Below are positions 1 through 7,404 of a DNA stretch of 40,533 nucleotides, piece after piece. Within the stretch, counting starts at the first letter, position 1. Every line of letters begins with the position of its first letter. The DNA is from Minisyncoccota bacterium. Its GTDB lineage: Bacteria; Patescibacteriota; Minisyncoccia; Minisyncoccales; UBA5738. Location of the stretch: positions 1 through 40,533 of the forward strand of contig JBAYLX010000002.1 in NCBI GenBank assembly GCA_041663885.1. The letters are read 5' to 3'. Below the pieces are notes generated by a model. The model did not search any database, was not told the DNA's origin, and saw nothing but the letters and a program-made list of their open reading frames with translations. Made by a program: the position numbers and the translations under genes.

Positions 1-641
1 AAATAAACCAGGGCGCACAACAAAGCCGCACCGGCGAATATCATGAAAAAAGCATGCCTTAAGGGAGTCCCGGCTAAAAAATACATCGCAAACGCGGTTG
101 CGGCAATGATTCCAAAAGTGCTCAAATCCGGCTGCTTTAAAAGCAAAAAACCAACCAAACCCATAACCACCATAAAAGCGCCCAATGTGCTGCCGAGCTC
201 CTTTTTTTTATCGTTACGGCGCGCCGCGCCAGCTACCCGCGAAGACAGCCAGCTCGCGAGATAAATAATAAAAATCGGCTTGAGCACTTCCGACGGCTGG
301 ACATTAGTGAAACCAAGATGTATCCACCTTTGCGCGCCACCCGCGGAAAACCCGACGCCGGGAACAAAAATCAATAAAAGCAAAATGACCGAAACCAAAA
401 GCAACAATGGCGCCCCTTTCCGCAAATATCTGATCGGAATCTTATAGGCGATCATTCCCGCGATCAATCCGGGAATTATGCCGAACACGAACTGATGCCT
501 GATCAAATAATAACTGTCATGATATTTGGATTGCGACAATAAAGCCGACGCGCTGGAAAGTATCAACACTCCAAAAACCACCGCGGCCGCTACCACCGCA
601 ATCAGGATAAAATCAGGATTTTTTAATTGATCTTTAATCAT
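1..641 (-). CDS. ftsW: SEDS-family peptidoglycan polymerase FtsW/RodA, N-terminal part only (gene runs off the window start)
   Basis: Not in the supplied ORF track because there is no stop in the window. The reverse-strand ATG at 641-639 overlaps the murD stop (ATGATTAA). My translation is MIKDQLKNPDFILIAVVAAAVVFGVLILSSAS...RWIHLGFTNVQPSEVLKPIFIIYLASWL. It is multi-TM and carries the QPSE..KP motif typical of SEDS proteins. Its position after murD is the canonical dcw order. Confidence 0.8.
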   Translation of the reverse strand, partial: MIKDQLKNPDFILIAVVAAAVVFGVLILSSASALLSQSKYHDSYYLIRHQFVFGIIPGLIAGMIAYKIPIRYLRKGAPLLLLVSVILLLLIFVPGVGFSAGGAQRWIHLGFTNVQPSEVLKPIFIIYLASWLSSRVAGAARRNDKKKELGSTLGAFMVVMGLVGFLLLKQPDLSTFGIIAATAFAMYFLAGTPLRHAFFMIFAGAALLCALVY

Positions 642-1983
642 TTTTTTTCTCCGCAAGCTTGACCAGCCATTCCCCAAATTGCCTCCCTCGATCAGCGTAG
701 TCTTGGAAACCGCCAAAACTTGCCGAAGCGGCCGAAAGCAAACAAATTCCACCCCGCTTGGTGTTTTTTAGCGCCAAACCAACCGCTTCTTCCATGGATT
801 TAACGAAAAATGGAGTTAATCGCGCCAATCGCGCCCGCCCTTTCGACCCCGCCGCATTTTGGACCTCGCTCCAAATCCTTTGCCCGGTTGTCGGGAGAAG
901 CAATAAAGTGCTGATGTTACTCGACAGGATCGCATCCGCCAACTTCTCAAAAGGCTGATTCCGTTCATAACCGCCGGCAATCAATGTTTGCACGCGCCCC
1001 CCCAAGCCCTCAATCGCCGCAACCGCGCTTTCTTGGATCGTCGAAAGCGAATCATTATAACAATCGATGCCATCATAGGTTCCAAAAAATTCCAAACGAT
1101 TATCCAGCGGTTTGAATTTCTCGATCGCGGAATTGATAATATCATCCGTAATCCCGAATTCCCGGCCAATGATCGCTCCCACTTTGGCATTGTCCAAATT
1201 AAATTTTCCGATCAAAGCAGTTTGGCCGGAATATTTCCAATTATATTCATTAAACGCAATTTTCTTCGAGATTGCTTTTTGAGCGACTCCCGCCGCTTCC
1301 CTATTCGATGAATTGTAAATCAAGCAATCACTCTCAAGCTGGTGAATGGCGATATTTGCTTTTGCCAGAATATATTCGTTGTAATCTTTATAATAATCAA
1401 GGTGTTCTGGATATATATTCAGCAACACCGAAACATGCGGGCTTTTCCTTAAACCATACAATTGATGCGCCGAAAGTTCACAAACGAAAAAACTTTCCGC
1501 AGCCGCGTCTTTCAAAAAAGAAATCATTGGCGTCCCGATATTGCCGACCAAAGAAACCTTTTTCCCGGCCGCTTTGAATATATCGTAGATTATCGACGAC
1601 GTCGTACTTTTTCCTTTTGTCCCGGTGATGCCTATAATCGTCCCGGGGCATTGTTCAAAAAATATTTCGGTTTGGGATGAAACTTTTCCTTTTTGATATG
1701 CTTGTTCTATTTCCGGAATATGGATTGGAATACCCGGGGTTTTAATTACGATATCATAATCGTTTATGCCCGAAAGATAATTTTCCCCGGAAAAAATTTT
1801 TATATTGGGGTTATGGACGATCAATTCCTTGATTTCATGATTAAAATTATCGGTTTTTGCTTTATCCGCAACTCCAAGCTCGGTTTTATGGCAATTTTCC
1901 AAAAAAAACCTTAATGTCGCCAATCCTTCCCGGCCCAATCCAAGAATTAGTATTTTTTTATTATTATATCGGCTTAAATCCAT
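634..1983 (-). CDS. murD: UDP-N-acetylmuramoyl-L-alanine--glutamate ligase (MurD family; D-Glu versus L-Glu specificity cannot be decided here)
   Basis: 449 aa. It has an N-terminal Rossmann motif LGLGREG and the Mur-ligase P-loop GITGTKGKSTT. It is followed by an overlapping ftsW. Confidence 0.9.
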   Translation of the reverse strand: MDLSRYNNKKILILGLGREGLATLRFFLENCHKTELGVADKAKTDNFNHEIKELIVHNPNIKIFSGENYLSGINDYDIVIKTPGIPIHIPEIEQAYQKGKVSSQTEIFFEQCPGTIIGITGTKGKSTTSSIIYDIFKAAGKKVSLVGNIGTPMISFLKDAAAESFFVCELSAHQLYGLRKSPHVSVLLNIYPEHLDYYKDYNEYILAKANIAIHQLESDCLIYNSSNREAAGVAQKAISKKIAFNEYNWKYSGQTALIGKFNLDNAKVGAIIGREFGITDDIINSAIEKFKPLDNRLEFFGTYDGIDCYNDSLSTIQESAVAAIEGLGGRVQTLIAGGYERNQPFEKLADAILSSNISTLLLLPTTGQRIWSEVQNAAGSKGRARLARLTPFFVKSMEEAVGLALKNTKRGGICLLSAASASFGGFQDYADRGRQFGEWLVKLAEKKND

Positions 1984-2058
1984 ATGTTTTATGTCTTCAT
2001 TTTACCACCAAATCATCGCCCATTAAAGCCCGGCTTGGTAAAATTGCCCAAATTTAAA

Positions 2059-2143
2059 GGAGAGATGCGGATACTCGCTTCCCTTAGCTGCCTTCGATTA
2101 CGGTATCAAAGACACTTAACGGAAGCGTTCCGCAGAGCTCTCC
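2059..2143 (-). ncRNA. 85-nt extended imperfect hairpin, a candidate structured RNA; identity and strand unproven
   Basis: Paired segments are GGAGAG/CTCTCC, TGCGGA/TCCGCA and CGCTTCC/GGGAAGCG around an apical region. On the minus strand the apical 3' side reads GAAGGCAGCUAAGG, which resembles the SRP RNA GGAAGCAGCCAAGG. The apical loop does not fit the canonical GNAR-tetraloop geometry. Confidence 0.3.
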
Positions 2144-2375
2144 TCTGTTTTGCTGGACGCTTTTATGCGCCCAATTACGCGAGATAAGTTTCAAAATCGG
2201 ATTTTCATACGCGCTACGGCTTAAACTTAATACCGAAATGCCCTTTCCTTTTGCTGCGGAAATTGCCTTTCGTTTTCCTCTTTATGAATAATTGCCCATA
2301 AATCCTATTTTGAAACCGCTGATTGGAAATGTGCTCACTGACGCTTTGCCAGCTAACGCTGACGCTGACTATATT

Positions 2376-2403
2376 ATTTTACCGCACCACAATTTTCTGT
2401 CAA
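2376..2403 (-). promoter_or_regulatory. Sigma70-like promoter (TTGACA-N16-TAAAAT) directly after the PP-loop gene stop
   Basis: The reverse strand reads TTGACAgaaaattgtggtgcggTAAAAT. It would start a transcript covering the 2059-2143 hairpin and possibly murD. Confidence 0.45.
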
Positions 2404-2409
2404 ATAAAG

Positions 2410-3813
2410 TTATCCACAACATTGGGCGTTATTATCAGGATGCTCGGCGCAGCTTTTTTTTAGCATTGCCGCCAATTTTTTTGGAAGGTTGTTTCCGCTG
2501 GTCCACGCCGCCATGATTTTTTTGGACTGGATTCCAATGCGCGGATATTCTGGTAATATTTTTTTTTGGAAATAGTCCAGCAAGGCTGGTTTCTCGCCCG
2601 CGCAAACCTGGAGGCTGAAATAAAAAGCAGCGCGCATCTCTTCAAAAGTACCGACGCATTCCATCGGTTTGGATTCGGTTTGGCCCAATAATTCCCGCAT
2701 TGTCGGCAATAATCCGTTATTATCGAATAAATCGCCGCCGAATATTTTAACGGCCGCTTCTTTGCCGGCAAACGGATAAATCATCGAGTACACCGATAGA
2801 CATTTCGAACATTGCCCGCACCACATGGCATTAGGCGAACTTTCGCGAGCCGCGATCGTAAACGGCTTATTGCAACTCAAAAACGAACCGAAATATTTTG
2901 GATACCGGCAAAAGATTTTTGATATCTGGATCTCGTAAAGCGGCCGCAAAAAACTGAAATAATCGACATTCTTGGCAAGGCAAGCTTTGGAATATTTGCG
3001 GAATTTATTCTCGAATTCGAATGTTTTTGAATATTGGTGGTTTACCGCCTTGCCCAGATATTCAACATTGCCTTCATTGGAACTGCGCTCCTGAGAGATT
3101 GCGACGTATCCGCAATCGAATATTGCCGCCAATCCGACTCCCAGTACCGCCAGCACCGAAGAAAACGGCGTATGGCCGTTTAAATAGCCTTGCGCGTTCA
3201 ATTCGATCAGTCTTTTATCGATTTTCCTTTCAACGAAAATGTTGTCCGCCCCAGCCTCTTTGGCGACCCTTTTTAGCGCCGTATTTGCGTTGAAAGTAAA
3301 CGTCGTGACTTCGTTTTTCCCCTCCTTTAATGCCTCAAACGTCACCAAAGAATCCTTTCCGCCTCCCAATGGCACCAAATAACGTTTTAAAAATCTTTTG
3401 GCAATAAGCGGCGCTTTTTTAGGTTTGGGCGGAATAATTTCAAAAAGCGGTTTTATGAACGGTATTTTGTTTTCATAAAAAAACTGGCCCATATTAAAAA
3501 ACAATCCCTGCCAGAAAATTATTTGCTCCCTGTCCAGATAACCGGCATTTATGATAATTTTAGGCGAACACGCGGCTTTCCAATAGCTTGGAATTTCGGC
3601 AAGGCCCATATTAAAAATCAAATTCGACACCGCCGCTTCACCAACCCTGTCGATTTGCGCTTGATTAACGCCATGAATAATTACCGACGGATGGAATTCG
3701 ATATCTCCTAGGCGGAAACAAAAAACCGCCGCCAAATCCCCGGCCGCTAATTCCCAATCAAAGCTTTCATAAACAAACTCCGGATATTTTTTTTGCAAAA
3801 AATCCAATTCCAT
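2410..3813 (-). CDS. PP-loop ATP-pyrophosphatase superfamily protein; candidate MurL-like UDP-MurNAc-L-Ala-L-Glu epimerase (hypothesis)
   Basis: 467 aa. It carries the PP-loop motif PLGGGKDS (SGGxDS type) and a C-terminal Cys motif WCGQCSKC. It lies between mraY and murD. Confidence 0.5.
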   Translation of the reverse strand: MELDFLQKKYPEFVYESFDWELAAGDLAAVFCFRLGDIEFHPSVIIHGVNQAQIDRVGEAAVSNLIFNMGLAEIPSYWKAACSPKIIINAGYLDREQIIFWQGLFFNMGQFFYENKIPFIKPLFEIIPPKPKKAPLIAKRFLKRYLVPLGGGKDSLVTFEALKEGKNEVTTFTFNANTALKRVAKEAGADNIFVERKIDKRLIELNAQGYLNGHTPFSSVLAVLGVGLAAIFDCGYVAISQERSSNEGNVEYLGKAVNHQYSKTFEFENKFRKYSKACLAKNVDYFSFLRPLYEIQISKIFCRYPKYFGSFLSCNKPFTIAARESSPNAMWCGQCSKCLSVYSMIYPFAGKEAAVKIFGGDLFDNNGLLPTMRELLGQTESKPMECVGTFEEMRAAFYFSLQVCAGEKPALLDYFQKKILPEYPRIGIQSKKIMAAWTSGNNLPKKLAAMLKKSCAEHPDNNAQCCG

Positions 3814-3825
3814 TTTGTTAACTGA

Positions 3826-4935
3826 TCAACCGACGAGCCTGATCGCCACGCCGATCGCGGCAAAAATTATTCCCAATATCCAAAATCGCATCGTTACTTT
3901 ATGCGCCGGCCAGCCGATTGCTTCAAAATGGTGGTGGATCGGCGTTGAAAGCCAAATTTTTTTCTTGAAAATTTTTTTCGATCCCAGCTGGACAATAACT
4001 GATCCGGCTTCCATAACTAGCAAACCCGCGATTATCGGCAACACGATCACCGAATCAGTAAGGAACGCAACCACCGTCATTGTCGAGGTCAACCCCAAGA
4101 CCCCGGTTTCCGCCATATAAAATTTCGCCGGAGGGATATTGAACCACAAAAATGCGAACAGCGCGCCACAAATAATCGCACAAAACGTCGCCAGATCCGC
4201 TTTTCCCTGGGAAAAAGCGATAAGCGCGAAAGCCGCGAAAATCGACGCAAATGCTCCGCCCGCCAAACCGTCGATGCCGTCGATAACGCCGCCCGCCCAC
4301 GCCGCCAGCATCACTACCACGAAAAGCGGTATGTAAAGCATGCCAAGCATGACATCGAATCCGCCGGGAAAATTATAAAGCAAAGGGATGTGCATCGTCC
4401 TCCAATCCAATTTGTAATAAAACCACAATCCGCCGATGAGCCCGATCAGGGCCACGATCAGCATGCGCCGCTTAAAGCTTATGCCGCCGCCAATATATTT
4501 GCCGCCGCCGTAAACCGTCAGAAAATCATCGAACAGCCCCACCAAAGATCCCGCGACCAAAGTGAACATCGGCAGCCAGACTTCGCGCCGGGTAAAAAAA
4601 TTCAAAAGAGAGAACCACCAAGGATGCGTTATGCCCAATCCAACCCAAACCTGTTCGGGGATATTTGTTATCCCCCAAACAAAAAGCGTAACCGCCAAGA
4701 CCGAACCCCATATAAGCAAGCCGCCACCTCGCGGCACGGTAGTTTCGCGGTCCTTGTGGAGCGAATAGAAAACTGTCGCTTCTTCGCCGGTTATTGCTTT
4801 ATGGCGCGCGTTTTTCTTCCAAAATTTGATCCGATTCAAAAAACCGATAAGGTAGGGCGCGGCAAAAAAAGCAATCAGCGACGTTAGCGCCGTGAAAACA
4901 AGCATCCTGATAATACTGAACGTAATGAAAGTCAT
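3826..4935 (-). CDS. mraY: Phospho-N-acetylmuramoyl-pentapeptide transferase
   Basis: 369 aa polytopic membrane protein with the motifs DGIDGLAGG and PIHHHFE. Confidence 0.95.
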   Translation of the reverse strand: MTFITFSIIRMLVFTALTSLIAFFAAPYLIGFLNRIKFWKKNARHKAITGEEATVFYSLHKDRETTVPRGGGLLIWGSVLAVTLFVWGITNIPEQVWVGLGITHPWWFSLLNFFTRREVWLPMFTLVAGSLVGLFDDFLTVYGGGKYIGGGISFKRRMLIVALIGLIGGLWFYYKLDWRTMHIPLLYNFPGGFDVMLGMLYIPLFVVVMLAAWAGGVIDGIDGLAGGAFASIFAAFALIAFSQGKADLATFCAIICGALFAFLWFNIPPAKFYMAETGVLGLTSTMTVVAFLTDSVIVLPIIAGLLVMEAGSVIVQLGSKKIFKKKIWLSTPIHHHFEAIGWPAHKVTMRFWILGIIFAAIGVAIRLVG

Positions 4936-4963
4936 GTGAATTTTTGTTAACCAAAAAAACGAT

Positions 4964-5953
4964 TCACCTCAAATTGCTGGCAAAATTAACCAATTTCTGC
5001 ATTTGGACTACGCGCGCCGCCGGAGAAGCGGCTCCAAGCAAAATATTAATATAATAGCGATTGCTTTCGTTCTCGAAAATATAAATCATGCACCCCCCCG
5101 CTTTCTCGGTGTAACCGGTTTTTCCGCCCGCAAGCCTCTGTCCGTCCCAAAGGTTAATGCTGAAAATGCCGTTTTCGGTTACATAGCTCCCATCGTTGGC
5201 GGTATATGAAAAAATTTCCGGGTGGGTTCTTAAAATGTATTTTACCAAAACCATCAAATCTTCGGCGCTGGATTGGTTTAATCCCCCTTCTTCTCCATCC
5301 AATCCGCTAGGATTGTAAAAAACCGTATCGCCGAGACCCAAATCGGCCGCTTTATGGTTCATTACCGCCACGAATTCATCAACACCCATGATTTCGGATA
5401 ATGCGTAAGCCGCGTCATTGCTTGAATAATACAACATCAAGCCTAAAAGCTGGCGCACGCTGTTAACTTCGCCATATTTTAAATTGCCCGCCACCGGAAC
5501 GTCATCCTGGGCGGATGCCGACAAGCTGACGGGGTATGTTTTATCCAAATCGTAAACATCGGGGTTCTCAAGCACCACCGTCGCCGACATCAACTTCGTG
5601 AGCGACGCGATCGGAAGGACCATCTTGGTATCTTTTTCGAACACCACCCGTTCGCGCCCAGCCGCGTTTATTATTAATGAATATGCCGACTTCGCGCTCA
5701 GTTCAATATCGGTTTGCGCCGGTTTTTTGGGCACCCGATATATCAATTCGTCCACCGGATCCGAAATTTGCGCGAATATTAAATTTTCAAACTGCATCTG
5801 TCCGTCATTGATTGCCCAAACCGCAAGCCCGCTCAACGAGCAGGCAACCATAAAAAGCGAGATTCTCCGCGCGGCCGCAACCGCAGGATGAACCAGTTTT
5901 TTCTTGAGTGCTTTATTTTTTAAGGCTAAAGGCGCCGGGGAAGGTTTTATCAT
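4964..5953 (-). CDS. Serine-type D-Ala-D-Ala carboxypeptidase (peptidase S11, PBP5/6-like), membrane anchored
   Basis: SxxK motif (ASLTK), SxN motif (SSND) and KTG motif (GGKTGYT), plus an N-terminal TM segment. Confidence 0.85.
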   Translation of the reverse strand: MIKPSPAPLALKNKALKKKLVHPAVAAARRISLFMVACSLSGLAVWAINDGQMQFENLIFAQISDPVDELIYRVPKKPAQTDIELSAKSAYSLIINAAGRERVVFEKDTKMVLPIASLTKLMSATVVLENPDVYDLDKTYPVSLSASAQDDVPVAGNLKYGEVNSVRQLLGLMLYYSSNDAAYALSEIMGVDEFVAVMNHKAADLGLGDTVFYNPSGLDGEEGGLNQSSAEDLMVLVKYILRTHPEIFSYTANDGSYVTENGIFSINLWDGQRLAGGKTGYTEKAGGCMIYIFENESNRYYINILLGAASPAARVVQMQKLVNFASNLR

Positions 5954-5965
5954 TTTCCAATCAAG

Positions 5966-7390
5966 TTACTTTTCCAACTGTTCTGCGGTCTTTTTCAAAT
6001 CAAGGCAAATACCAAGTTCTTTTAACTGTGCCGCGGAAACCTCGGAAGGCGCGCCCAACATCAAATCTTTATTATCTCCGGTTTTTGGGAATGCGATCAC
6101 CTCGCGGATATTTGGCTCATTCAAAACTACCGCCAGGAAACGGTCGATTCCGGGAGCCATCCCGCCATGCGGAGGCACACCATAAGAAAACGCTTCAAAA
6201 TAATGGCTGAATTTTTTCCGGGCTTCGGCTTCGGGAACACCCACTATTTCGCAAACCGATTTAAATAAATCCATATTCGTATTCCGGATACTGCCGCTCC
6301 CCAATTCATAACCGTTAGCCACCAAATCATATTGATAACCCAAAACCTTGGCAGTATTCGATTTAAGCTCATCTACATTCTCTGTTTGCGGCATAGTGAA
6401 GGGATGGTGCATCGCTTTCCATTTCTTGTCTCCAGGCAGCCATTCGAACATCGGAAAATCAACAATAAACCCAAAAGCAATTTCGTCGGGATTATTTTTA
6501 TCCTTGCGCATATCCGGCTTGTCGCTTCCATACATATCCTGCGCCTGTTGCCAAGTTAAGCGCGGGAAAGGGGTTTGCGTGATTGTCTTTTCCGGAAAAA
6601 GAGTTTTTATGATTGCCGTATAAAGATTTTCGGTAATATCCAATATTTCGCCTTGGCTCATGAAAGACATCTCCATGTCAAGTTGCGTGTGTTCCGCTTG
6701 GCGATCGGCCCTCGGATCTTCGTCGCGCATGCACCGCGCGATCTGGAAATACCGCTCTACCCCCGACACCATCAATAACTGCTTGAACTGCTGGGGACTT
6801 TGCGGCATCGCGTAAAAATTACCCGGCTGCAATCGCGAAGGCACTAAAAATTCACGCGCGCCTTCGGGCGTCGATTTAATCAATAGCGGTGTTTCAACCT
6901 CGACAAAACCTTTGCCGGTCAAAAATTGGCGCATAAAATTAATAACTTTGTGGCGCACGATCAAATTCCTATGCAAACGCGCCCGGCGCAAATCAATGTA
7001 GCGGTATTTTAAACGGTGTTCTTCGGAAATTTCATAGCCATCGCCATCAATCGATATCGGCAGAGTTTCGGCCTTGGAATAGACTTCCAGCCCTTCGGCA
7101 AAAAGCTCGATCTTGCCGGTCGCAATCTGGTCGTTAACCATCGCCGGCGGTCGCTCGTTTGCCATACCCGTGATCGCCACGACCCATTCGGAGCGCACCT
7201 CTTTGGCAATTTCAAAATCCTTGTTTTTGGGGATAAAAACCGTTTGGATGATCCCGCTTTTGTCGCGCAAATCGAAAAAAATCACTTTGCCATGCGCGCG
7301 CACGGTTTGAACCCAGCCGCAAACCCGCACGGTTTTGCCTACCATCTGCGGCAAATCGCTCACCATTGTCCTCGTTATTTGATTCTCCAT
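5966..7390 (-). CDS. aspS: Aspartyl-tRNA synthetase, bacterial-type sequence lacking the GAD insertion domain
   Basis: 474 aa. The class II motifs FYAMPQSPQQFKQLLM and RCMRDEDPRADRQAEHTQLD are present. GSDKPD is followed after about 15 residues by DFPMFEW and AMHHPFT. Confidence 0.95.
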   Translation of the reverse strand: MENQITRTMVSDLPQMVGKTVRVCGWVQTVRAHGKVIFFDLRDKSGIIQTVFIPKNKDFEIAKEVRSEWVVAITGMANERPPAMVNDQIATGKIELFAEGLEVYSKAETLPISIDGDGYEISEEHRLKYRYIDLRRARLHRNLIVRHKVINFMRQFLTGKGFVEVETPLLIKSTPEGAREFLVPSRLQPGNFYAMPQSPQQFKQLLMVSGVERYFQIARCMRDEDPRADRQAEHTQLDMEMSFMSQGEILDITENLYTAIIKTLFPEKTITQTPFPRLTWQQAQDMYGSDKPDMRKDKNNPDEIAFGFIVDFPMFEWLPGDKKWKAMHHPFTMPQTENVDELKSNTAKVLGYQYDLVANGYELGSGSIRNTNMDLFKSVCEIVGVPEAEARKKFSHYFEAFSYGVPPHGGMAPGIDRFLAVVLNEPNIREVIAFPKTGDNKDLMLGAPSEVSAAQLKELGICLDLKKTAEQLEK

Positions 7391-7404
7391 AATTTTTCAG
7401 TTTA

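Noticed and set aside
43-264. 73-aa plus-strand ORF at the window start
   Set aside because: It lies antisense within the reverse-strand ftsW reading frame. That frame gives a convincing SEDS-type membrane protein, so this is a shadow ORF.
1984-2409. RNase P RNA, tmRNA or c-di-AMP (ydaO) riboswitch identity for the dcw gap
   Set aside because: The GAGGAAAGUCC / ACAGAA..CGGCUUA pair of RNase P is absent. The tRNA-like 3' end and tag ORF of tmRNA are absent. The GGGGA..CCCA / ACGGGG elements of ydaO are absent. The region is also too short for RNase P.
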